NCBI GenBank assembly: GCA_003501365.1
Contig: DNPP01000050.1
Span: 1-44,419, forward strand
Origin: Bacillota bacterium
Lineage (GTDB): Bacteria; Bacillota; UBA4882; UBA8346
Reading direction: 5' to 3'
Length of the DNA stretch: 44,419 nucleotides
Each line of letters begins with the position of its first letter. The stretch's first letter is position 1. The position numbers and the translations under genes were made by a program. The notes below the pieces were generated by a model, which saw only the letters and a program-made list of their open reading frames with translations, had not been told where the DNA came from and searched no databases. Shown in pieces: positions 35,496 to 43,676 of this stretch.

Positions 35496-35585
35496 ATCGG
35501 AATCCCCTTTCTTCAACAGAGCATATTATCGATAAGTATCTTTATTCCCCGGTTACGGGATCGTTTAAGTTTGCCAGCGACCCCA

Positions 35586-36428
35586 CTATCCCTTCACCGA
35601 CCCAGCGGTTATTCCTTTGATAAAATTTTTCTGCAAGATGAGGAACATAATGAGCATGGGAATCATCGCCAGGGTCATCGCTGCAAAAAGCAATGACCAG
35701 TTATTGTTATATTGTCCCTGAAAGGCAAACAAGGCCACTGGAATCGTGCGATATTCCGCCTTCTGCAGAAATAACATCGGCATTAAAAAATCGTTCCAGA
35801 TGCCCAGGGTGTTTAGAATAATTACCGTAGCAGTTGCCGGTTTTAAAAGGGGAAAAACAATCCGCCAGAATATCTTAAACTCATTGCAGCCATCGATAAT
35901 CGCCGATTCCTCCAACTCCTTGGGAATGGATTTCATGAAGCCGGTGTATAAAAAAATTACAAAGGGCATGGATGTAGCGATGTTGATACAAATAACCGCC
36001 CTAAAAGTATTAATCCATTCTAAACCTTTAATTAATTTATATAAGGGGATCATCGCCATCTGAAACGGTACCATGATTAAGGATATAAATAAAATGTAAA
36101 CCAGGTTATTTATGCGGGATGGTTTTCGGGCCAGCGGATAGGCGGCCAATGCTCCGATAAAGACAATTGAAGTAATAGAAATAACCGTGATCAAAACGCT
36201 ATTACGAAAACCCCAATCAAAATGCCCGGTTTGCCATGCCTGAGCAAAATTTTTGAACACAAACGCTTTGGGCCATCCAAAAGGCGCCATGGCAATATCA
36301 TTGGGGGATTTGACAGCGGTAATCATGATTAAATACAGTGGGAATAAAATTATCAATGCTATTAAGAGCATACCGATTTCACCTAAAACCAATCTTGGTT
36401 TGAAACTTGAACTTTCTGATGTACTCAT
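35586..36428 (-). CDS. Carbohydrate ABC transporter permease (MalG-like)
   Basis: EAA loop LEESAIIDGCNEFKIFWRIVFPLLKP. Its ATG overlaps the upstream stop as TAATG at 36426-36430, consistent with translational coupling. Confidence 0.88.
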   Translation of the reverse strand: MSTSESSSFKPRLVLGEIGMLLIALIILFPLYLIMITAVKSPNDIAMAPFGWPKAFVFKNFAQAWQTGHFDWGFRNSVLITVISITSIVFIGALAAYPLARKPSRINNLVYILFISLIMVPFQMAMIPLYKLIKGLEWINTFRAVICINIATSMPFVIFLYTGFMKSIPKELEESAIIDGCNEFKIFWRIVFPLLKPATATVIILNTLGIWNDFLMPMLFLQKAEYRTIPVALFAFQGQYNNNWSLLFAAMTLAMIPMLIMFLILQKNFIKGITAGSVKG

Positions 36429-37345
36429 TACATAACCACCTCTCTTTTACGCAGAGTCTTCAGTTGAAATAAAGAAAGGACCAAGATGATTAGAAAAAGT
36501 ACGACCGCCATCGCCGTGCCGTAACCCATCCGATTGGTCTGAAAAGCCTGGTGATATAGCAACGTAGTCATCGTTTCGGTCGCATAGCCGGGGCCTCCAT
36601 TGGTGGTGACATATATCAAGTCAAAAATCTTCATGGTGCCGATCACCGACAATAAAACATTGATGGTAAACGCCGGAGCAATCAGCGGAAAGGTAATGTG
36701 CCGAAATTTCTTCCAGGGGGTTGTGCCATCAATGGCGGCGGCTTCATAAAGCTCCTCGGGGATTCCCTGCAACCCCGCTAAATAAATAACCATAGCGTAT
36801 CCGGTAAACTGCCATACGGTGACCACGATTAAGCTTCCCAGGGCCAAGCGCGGGTCACCCAGCCAGTCCTGAACCCATCCCCCCAATCCAATATTCGTGA
36901 GCAAAGAATTCAAGACTCCGAACAATGGATTATATATAAAGGACCAAGCATAACCGACAACCAATGCACTTAAAATGGCCGGTGCAAAAAAAACCGTCCG
37001 TAAAATATTTTTTGTCTTCAAACTTGTATTTAAAACAATCGCCAGGGCTATGGCGGCGATATTCTGAATAACTGTGACAAAAAAGGCATAGAGCAGAGTA
37101 TTCCGAATTCCCCCATAAAATTTATCATCCCTGATTAATTCCTGAAAATTAGCCAGACCGGTAAAATGAATCGTTTGAGCCAGCCCGTTCCAATTTGTCA
37201 AACTATAATAAAAACTGCTTACAACCGGGTAGATAAAAAAAACAATCGCAAACACCAAAGCCGGACCATAAAAAAGTAATGAAATAAAATTCTGATTTTT
37301 TCGTAAGCCGGGTAGTTGTTCCATGATAATCACCTTTTCAGTCAA
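36428..37345 (-). CDS. Carbohydrate ABC transporter permease (MalF-like)
   Basis: EAA loop LYEAAAIDGTTPWKKFRHITFPLIAP, with six TM stretches. Confidence 0.88.
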   Translation of the reverse strand: MTEKVIIMEQLPGLRKNQNFISLLFYGPALVFAIVFFIYPVVSSFYYSLTNWNGLAQTIHFTGLANFQELIRDDKFYGGIRNTLLYAFFVTVIQNIAAIALAIVLNTSLKTKNILRTVFFAPAILSALVVGYAWSFIYNPLFGVLNSLLTNIGLGGWVQDWLGDPRLALGSLIVVTVWQFTGYAMVIYLAGLQGIPEELYEAAAIDGTTPWKKFRHITFPLIAPAFTINVLLSVIGTMKIFDLIYVTTNGGPGYATETMTTLLYHQAFQTNRMGYGTAMAVVLFLIILVLSLFQLKTLRKREVVM

Positions 37346-37356
37346 TATCTTTGAAA

Positions 37357-37392
37357 GAAAAGCATTTGAAGGAAGGCCCCCAAATGCTTTTC
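37357..37392 (-). terminator. 12-bp perfect stem-loop directly after the second SBP gene
   Basis: GAAAAGCATTTG (37357-37368) / CAAATGCTTTTC (37381-37392), followed on the minus strand by TTTCAAAG. Same placement as the hairpin at 25022-25062. Confidence 0.6.
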
Positions 37393-37401
37393 AAAAACCG
37401 G

Positions 37402-38649
37402 TTATTTCTTGGTGCGGTCGGCCCATTCCTTATCGACATCACTTAAAACCTTTTCCACCGACTGCCCGGCGAATAATTCCTGATATCCCTTTAGGAAGAC
37501 ATCCTGAACTCCGTTGGGCCAGCTTTGATCAAGGAAGGGATAGGTTTTACCTTTGGTAAGATAAGGAGCCAGCTCTTTGGCTGCCGGATCAAAGTCTACC
37601 GTGACTCCCTTGAGGGTTGAAAACGCTTTTTTATCTTTCAGATATAATGTCATATTGTCCGGACGCATCCAAAACTCCATAAATTTCTTGGCTTGCTCCG
37701 GGTAAGGGGTTTTGGCGGAAATAGCGGTTGTAGTGCCGACTGCTGAGGAAATCGTAGGATCTTCTCCGGCATTCACCGCCGGCATAGGGAACATCCCCAA
37801 GTCCAAATCTTTGTTGGCTTGCCGGATCGGAGCCAAAATCCAATTGCCGTTAACAACCATGGCCGCCTTTTCAGTCGCCACTAATTGCACCGTCTGATCA
37901 TAGGTTGTCCCGAGTACTCCCGGGTGAAAATAACCCTTTTTGTTTAATTCCAGGTAACGGGCAATGACAGCTTTCCATTCCGCCCCGTTAAACTTGACTT
38001 TGCCGTTGTACATATCGGCATCAAATTCCGGATTCTTGGCATAGATCATGGATGGGGCCATGGCATAAGGGATTAACTGGGTTACCCAAAGATCCTTGTT
38101 CCCTAAGGCCATCGGGTAAATCTTCGCCCGTTTAATCTTTTCACAGGCCGCTAAAAACTGGTTCCAATTGGTGGGAACCTTTAAACCCAATTTGGTAAAG
38201 ATTTTTCTGTTATAGATTACTGAAATGACATTCATATCCCAGGGTATAGAATAAACTTTCCTGTTTTCACCCCTGGTTACTCGTAAAGCACCGTCCATAA
38301 CATTCTTGACATACGGTTCTTTCGATAAATCCATTAAATAGCCGGCTTTGGAGTAATCTCTCACTTCGGTGCCGGGATGTACACCGAAAACATCCGGGGC
38401 ATCCCCGGAGGCCAATTTGGTTTTGATTAGATTTTGGTACTGATCGGTCGGCGCCGATTCAAATTCCACCCTAATATCCGGGTTCTCCTTCATAAACTTG
38501 GCATCAATCTCAGCGACTGCCGCTTGAGCATCTGTACCTATCCAGTGGTAAAACTTCAGAGTCACCGGTTTGTCGGCTCCCCAGACCATCCCGCCGAGTA
38601 AGATGCATAAAATAAGAGTTGACACTAAAAAAAGCGACGTTTTTTTCAT
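37402..38649 (-). CDS. ABC transporter extracellular solute-binding protein (family 1, sugar)
   Basis: 415 aa with GGAGG 5 nt before the ATG. Signal peptide MKKTSLFLVSTLILCILLGGMVWGA has a type-I-like cleavage site and no canonical lipobox. Typical SBP_bac_1 length and context. Confidence 0.85.
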   Translation of the reverse strand: MKKTSLFLVSTLILCILLGGMVWGADKPVTLKFYHWIGTDAQAAVAEIDAKFMKENPDIRVEFESAPTDQYQNLIKTKLASGDAPDVFGVHPGTEVRDYSKAGYLMDLSKEPYVKNVMDGALRVTRGENRKVYSIPWDMNVISVIYNRKIFTKLGLKVPTNWNQFLAACEKIKRAKIYPMALGNKDLWVTQLIPYAMAPSMIYAKNPEFDADMYNGKVKFNGAEWKAVIARYLELNKKGYFHPGVLGTTYDQTVQLVATEKAAMVVNGNWILAPIRQANKDLDLGMFPMPAVNAGEDPTISSAVGTTTAISAKTPYPEQAKKFMEFWMRPDNMTLYLKDKKAFSTLKGVTVDFDPAAKELAPYLTKGKTYPFLDQSWPNGVQDVFLKGYQELFAGQSVEKVLSDVDKEWADRTKK

Positions 38650-38726
38650 TTTTTCCTCCCTGTTTCGTTACTTCGACCTGCAATATCATCTTACTACCTG
38701 TGGCGGCTTGTCAGGAAGAAGAGGAA

Positions 38727-38756
38727 TTTCGGATTTGCCGTATTTTTTTCGGATTT
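38727..38756 (-). promoter_or_regulatory. Two identical 10-bp direct repeats upstream of the SBP operon (candidate response-regulator site)
   Basis: TTTCGGATTT occurs at 38727-38736 and 38747-38756 (plus strand), 20 bp centre-to-centre. The nearer repeat lies 12 nt upstream of a CTGACA -35-like hexamer (38714-38709). Confidence 0.35.
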
Positions 38757-39557
38757 TCATTTCTGCTCCCGGAATTCACTGGGAGTCAATCCTATCCATT
38801 TCTTAAAAACCTTGGCAAAATAATTAGCATCCCGATAGCCAACCATACCGGCAATTTCAACGATCTTTAATTCCGGGATCTTCAGTAACGCTTTGGCCTT
38901 TTCAACCCGGATTTCGGTAATATATTCCGCAAATCCCGTGCCTACCTCTTGTTTAAAAAGCTCGGAAAAATAAGTAGGATTGATGAATGCCGTCGCGGCG
39001 ACCTCTTCCAAGGTCAATTCCGTATTAAAGCACTGTTGAATATGGGCTAAAGCTTTTCGGATCACCAGGTTGTTCGATGGGTACTCTGCCTCCGGCTGTT
39101 GGGTAGATATCCCCTGTCCAAGCTTGGTTATTTCTTGTTTCAATCGCTCCAGATTGGTCTGGGCTTTTTTTTCTTTTTGAATCTTTTCTTTCGCTTTGTT
39201 CAAAATTGCTACCAAATCTGTTTCTTCAACCGGTTTCAATATGTAATCGAAAGCACCGGATTTTAATGCCTGTTGGGCATAGGAGAATTCATCATAACCA
39301 CTGATCATAATGACTTTGGCAGCGGGTGAATCTTGCGCCAATGTTTCCAACAACTTCAATCCGTCCATTCCCGGCATCCGGATATCCGTCAAAATAATAT
39401 CCGGCCGCACTTTACGGCATAATTCCAGCCCGTCTATGCCACTCGCCGCTTCCCCGCAAACTTTCATCTCCAGAGCATCCCAGGGAATCAACCCTTTAAT
39501 TAATTGCCGAATCCATTCCTCATCGTCAATGATGACCACGTTAAACATTTCATTCAC
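38757..39557 (-). CDS. Response regulator (CheY receiver + AraC-type HTH), short YesN-like
   Basis: Receiver FNVVIIDDEEWI...DIILTDIRMPGMDGLKL...ILKP. C-terminal HTH VAATAFINPTYFSELFKQEVGTGFAEYITEIRVEKAK...YFAKVFKKWIGLTPSEF. Confidence 0.88.
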   Translation of the reverse strand: MNEMFNVVIIDDEEWIRQLIKGLIPWDALEMKVCGEAASGIDGLELCRKVRPDIILTDIRMPGMDGLKLLETLAQDSPAAKVIMISGYDEFSYAQQALKSGAFDYILKPVEETDLVAILNKAKEKIQKEKKAQTNLERLKQEITKLGQGISTQQPEAEYPSNNLVIRKALAHIQQCFNTELTLEEVAATAFINPTYFSELFKQEVGTGFAEYITEIRVEKAKALLKIPELKIVEIAGMVGYRDANYFAKVFKKWIGLTPSEFREQK

Positions 39558-39561
39558 CCCA

Positions 39562-41358
39562 TTACACCAGAGCCGGTATTCTGATGATCACTGTAGTTCC
39601 TTTGTTCGGTTCGCTTTCGATTTTTAAACTGTAGTTATTCCCATAATGGAGTTTAATCCGGGAATTCACATTCATAACCCCGATTCCCAAATTAGTTTGC
39701 TTGCTGTCATTGATCCATTTCTGATCACTGTTCATCGCTTGGGATAGACTGTCGAGTTGCTCCCGGGACATACCTAACCCGTCATCCCTAATTTTGATCA
39801 AGATATCTTGAGCTTCCTGATAGCCGCTGATCTCGATTCTGCCTTTACCAATCTTGGTTTCCAGACCATGATAAATTGCATTTTCCACCAAAGGTTGTAA
39901 GATTAATTTGATACTCTTTTGTTTCAAGATCTGTTCGTCGATTTGATAAATCACTTCAATTTTATCACCATAACGATATTTTTGAATGGTGAGATAATTT
40001 TTGACATGGGCAATTTCCTCCGCTAATGTCACATATTCCATTTCTTTGTGAATACTATAGCGGAATAATTTGGCGAGCGACTTTGAAATATCAACGATAC
40101 TGGTTATTTTGTTGGTCATCGCAATACCCCGGATCACTTCCAAGGTGTTATATAAGAAATGCGGGTTAATTTGACTTTGTAAAGCTGCCAGCTCCGCTTC
40201 TTTCTTGACCAATTGGGCGTCATAAACAGTATTAATTAACTCTTTGATCTTGGTAATCATGATATTGAAACTATGGGTCAGTTGTCCAATTTCATCCTGA
40301 TGATCCAGTTTCATTTGGAGATTAAAGTTACCCTGCTCAGCTTGGCTCATCAAGCGTTGCAGCTTCCGGATGGGATTGGAAATCCCTTTGGCGATAAAAA
40401 TCGAAACAATAACTCCTAACAACAGGCAAATTAAACCGATAAAGATGGTAATATTCCGGATTAAAATAGTGCTTCGATTTAACTCTGCCAGCGGGATCAT
40501 CCCAATAACCGTCCAATGCGTATAAGCGGAAACTGCTGAAGATACCAGCATTTTTTCCCCAGCGATTTTTAGCATCCGGTTGATATTTTGGTTACTTAAA
40601 AACTGCTGAAACTTTGGTTCAAGTTTGGCGCCGATTTTGGTTTCATCGGTATGATAGACAATGTTGCCGTGTTGATCGACAATCATAATTTTACCATTTT
40701 GACCAAAATTAGAATTTTCACAAATCTCCTGAATAATTTTTAAGTTGGCATCAATTAAAATAAATCCTAAATTTTGGTAATGATCAACATCCTTAATCTG
40801 CCGCGCCAGCGAAAACACTTTACGAGGACTGTGGATGGGTTGAGTTTCATAGTGGGTGCTGAGAAGCACCTTTTTGCCATCCGCCCAAAGAACTAACGGA
40901 TACCACAATTCCTTAGTGAGATCGTAATCGTCTCTCATGCTATACCCGTTGGTCCGGTAATAAACTTCCTGGTTACTTGAGGAATGTTGCGGGAATATAT
41001 AAATTCCCATGATATCCGGGCGTAAAGTAATCAGATTAAAGAGAGTTTTATCCATGATTTGGCGATCGCGCAGCTTCTCTAAGTCGTTATGATAGGCCGA
41101 CTTTCGTAACACCATTTGCACATCGGGGTCTGAGAACGGTGTTAGCGAAATCCGTTCCATTTCTTTGATGTTGTAATCCAGGTTGCGATTGATCTGACTG
41201 ACAATTTTATTACTAAATTGAATGGCTTGCGTTTCAATTGTCCCGGCGGATATGTAATAAGAAATCACCCCTAATATCAAAAGCGGCAACAGAATCAAGC
41301 CAGAGTAAGTGATGACCAGCTTGATTTGAATATTTAGATTATTAAACCATTTTATCAA
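39562..41358 (-). CDS. Sensor histidine kinase, YesM-like
   Basis: Two TM segments flank an extracytoplasmic domain of about 270 aa. HAMP follows, then LQSQINPHFLYNTLE, then ENAIYHG, IRDDGLGM, GIGVMNV. Confidence 0.88.
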   Translation of the reverse strand: MIKWFNNLNIQIKLVITYSGLILLPLLILGVISYYISAGTIETQAIQFSNKIVSQINRNLDYNIKEMERISLTPFSDPDVQMVLRKSAYHNDLEKLRDRQIMDKTLFNLITLRPDIMGIYIFPQHSSSNQEVYYRTNGYSMRDDYDLTKELWYPLVLWADGKKVLLSTHYETQPIHSPRKVFSLARQIKDVDHYQNLGFILIDANLKIIQEICENSNFGQNGKIMIVDQHGNIVYHTDETKIGAKLEPKFQQFLSNQNINRMLKIAGEKMLVSSAVSAYTHWTVIGMIPLAELNRSTILIRNITIFIGLICLLLGVIVSIFIAKGISNPIRKLQRLMSQAEQGNFNLQMKLDHQDEIGQLTHSFNIMITKIKELINTVYDAQLVKKEAELAALQSQINPHFLYNTLEVIRGIAMTNKITSIVDISKSLAKLFRYSIHKEMEYVTLAEEIAHVKNYLTIQKYRYGDKIEVIYQIDEQILKQKSIKLILQPLVENAIYHGLETKIGKGRIEISGYQEAQDILIKIRDDGLGMSREQLDSLSQAMNSDQKWINDSKQTNLGIGVMNVNSRIKLHYGNNYSLKIESEPNKGTTVIIRIPALV

Positions 41359-41435
41359 TCGTGATCCCGGCTTTCAAAAGAGGGTTTCCTATAGATTTCT
41401 GAACGGAAATTAGAATTCCTTTTATTCCTAATCGC

Positions 41436-43547
41436 TTAAACTTGATGTCCCGAACCCTGCCAATCAACAGCGCTAAACCAACAATCACCCATTTTGGCGT
41501 ATCCGGTAGCATTGGGATGAACGCCTTCACTGAGATCAGCGGTTGTAATTGACGAATTGATATCCACGAGAGTGACCGGCTTGCCCCCGGACGCTTTACT
41601 GGAGACCAAGCTTACAACTTGAGCGTTATAATCATTGACCTGGCTATTATTATTCGCATCACTCAAAGGCGTAATCGTCGCTACACATAATCTACCGCCA
41701 CCCGGTAATTTTGCACATATCTGGTCAATTAAAACACTTAATGAATTGATTGAATCTTGATTTGCCCATCCTTGCAAAATGTTGTTCGTTCCGGTTTGCA
41801 GAAGAACGATATCCGGTTGATAAAGGCTCATCCATTGATTGATATGAGTTGAGAATTGATCCGCCCGCCATCCGCCGTGGCCTTCACAAGATTTATACGG
41901 AAGTGCGGTTGGACCGCCAGGTACCGAACCCACGAAAATGACATCTAGATTATTGGCATTAAGATCCTGCCAAAGCTTGTGACGATAGCCGCCTTTGGTA
42001 GCGCCATTGTTGCTACTGCCATAACTTTCACCATAAGTAATTGAGTCGCCAAGAGGCATAACCTTTTTCCAGGTATTATAGGGGAGCGGTTTCGATGTAA
42101 CGACTAAATTGTCAAATATCGCTGATTCGGTGGAGTATTCTCGAAATCCGACCGTCCCCCCGGCAAAGGTTCGATCGATCGTGGTGTCAATTAAATTAGC
42201 ATTAAGATAGGTTTTAATTGTATAACCAACTGTTTCAATGGTCAGATGATAAGTTGTGTTTACATTGATCGGACAATTGACTTCCTTAATCACTGTCCAA
42301 ACACCATTTACATTTTTGTGCGGTCTCAATTTGCCGCTAACCAGCTGCCACATATAATAGTTATGATTATCTAAACACCGAAACGTAATTCCTGCTGCGG
42401 TATTCGTAATTATTATATCCACATCCAAGCTAAAATTGGTCCAATCCGTCCCCAACGTCGTCCTAAAAGTTTCATTATTGATCAGCGATAGTCGGCCACC
42501 GCTAATCGTAGCATTTGCAGTATTATTCCACAGTACCAAATTGTCGTCAAAATATTCTGAGAATAACGGATTCCGGGCAAAGATCCGTAGTTTGTCGAAA
42601 TCCGCCGTATCCGTACCAAGCTCCCGGAACCCGGCTTTACCGCTGCTCAATGTATTATCCATTATAATATCAATCAAATTTCCATTGACAAATGTTTTGA
42701 TGGTTGGGCCAAATGTTTCAATGGTTGTATGAAATAGTGTATTAACCGTGACCCCGCAGGAAACTCTCTTGATAATTGTCAAAGTGCCGTTTAGTTTTTT
42801 GTACATCGTCAAATTTCCACTGGTAAACAACCACAGATAACAGTTGTTATTATCCACTTTTCTGAATGTAACGCCCGCAGCATTCGTAATGATATTTACA
42901 TCCATATCGAAGGTAAAGTCGGACCAGGTTATTCCATCAATCGTTTGGATATTCTCATTGTTGGTCACTCTGAGCGCTCCTGAGCTAGTAATAGTAACAT
43001 TTTGAGCGTTCGTCCATTTGCCTAAACCATTACTGAAGTCCTCTGTAAAAAGAGGGGTCTCTGCAGTTTGAACCTGGATATTGTCAAAGGCTCCCCACTC
43101 TGAGCCATATTCTCTAAAACCGATCCCCCCCGAGCTATAGGTGGAATCTACTGTTACATCAACGAATACTTCGTCAATATAAGTCTTAATTGTTGATCCG
43201 ATGGCCTCAATCCTTACATGAAAAGGAACATCCGAGTCTGATGCCGTGATAACCTCCTTCATGGCGGTCCATGCGCCATTGACTCTTTTATGAACCCGGA
43301 GGGTTCCGAATGATAACTGCCACATATAGCAATTACTATTATTCGCATCCTGACTCCGAAAAACAACACCGGCAGCACCACCGTTATTAAAGCTGACATC
43401 CGCATCAATAATATAGTCTGTCCAGTTCGATCCGGCAATGCTTCTCATGTTCTCATTGTCCGTAAGTACCAGTTTCCCATTATTGATGGTAGCATTCGTT
43501 GTATTTTGCCATTGGTTTAGATTACTGCTGAAATCTTCTTTAAACAT
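41436..43547 (-). CDS. Triple lectin-like (DUF1080/LamG-type) repeat protein with C-terminal SGNH/GDSL esterase domain
   Basis: Three repeats of about 165 aa begin F(K/T/S)E(D/Y)F...W.N..N(A/V)TI, each with a WTD/WSD/WTN...D.D core, Y(M/L)W, and GF(R)E(Y/L). The SGNH blocks are VMPLGDSITYG, GHGGW, LQTGTNN, GVHPN. Start is set at ATG 43547, since the track's TTG 43574 has no RBS. I see no signal peptide. Confidence 0.7.
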   Translation of the reverse strand: MFKEDFSSNLNQWQNTTNATINNGKLVLTDNENMRSIAGSNWTDYIIDADVSFNNGGAAGVVFRSQDANNSNCYMWQLSFGTLRVHKRVNGAWTAMKEVITASDSDVPFHVRIEAIGSTIKTYIDEVFVDVTVDSTYSSGGIGFREYGSEWGAFDNIQVQTAETPLFTEDFSNGLGKWTNAQNVTITSSGALRVTNNENIQTIDGITWSDFTFDMDVNIITNAAGVTFRKVDNNNCYLWLFTSGNLTMYKKLNGTLTIIKRVSCGVTVNTLFHTTIETFGPTIKTFVNGNLIDIIMDNTLSSGKAGFRELGTDTADFDKLRIFARNPLFSEYFDDNLVLWNNTANATISGGRLSLINNETFRTTLGTDWTNFSLDVDIIITNTAAGITFRCLDNHNYYMWQLVSGKLRPHKNVNGVWTVIKEVNCPINVNTTYHLTIETVGYTIKTYLNANLIDTTIDRTFAGGTVGFREYSTESAIFDNLVVTSKPLPYNTWKKVMPLGDSITYGESYGSSNNGATKGGYRHKLWQDLNANNLDVIFVGSVPGGPTALPYKSCEGHGGWRADQFSTHINQWMSLYQPDIVLLQTGTNNILQGWANQDSINSLSVLIDQICAKLPGGGRLCVATITPLSDANNNSQVNDYNAQVVSLVSSKASGGKPVTLVDINSSITTADLSEGVHPNATGYAKMGDCWFSAVDWQGSGHQV

Positions 43548-43600
43548 TGCTATCGACGCCTCAACCTTGCACAAATATTGTTAAAATCATTGCTTAATTC

Positions 43601-43652
43601 TGAACAAAAACAGATGGCAGGCAAACATTTTTCGGTATTCACTCCTGCCATC
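43601..43652 (-). terminator. Terminator of the CBM32-repeat gene
   Basis: GATGGCAGG (43613-43621) / CCTGCCATC (43644-43652), 9 bp, followed on the minus strand by TGTTTTTGTT. Confidence 0.7.
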
Positions 43653-43676
43653 TTTTCCATAATCGACTTTTACATC

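Noticed and set aside
34942-35535. Long antisense ORFs opposite real genes. Examples: 34942-35535 (197 aa), 14559-15104 (181 aa), 17082-17609 (175 aa), 17231-17629, 9433-9744, 10120-10440, 19631-19945, 20784-21095, 29357-29752.
   Set aside because: Each lies fully inside a much longer ORF with clear family signatures. Their translations are low-complexity (S/F/I/P-rich), have no RBS and show no recognisable motifs. They are typical shadow ORFs.
41342-41530. 62-aa ORF bridging the esterase gene end and the histidine kinase start.
   Set aside because: It overlaps both flanking genes out of frame and has no RBS or motif.
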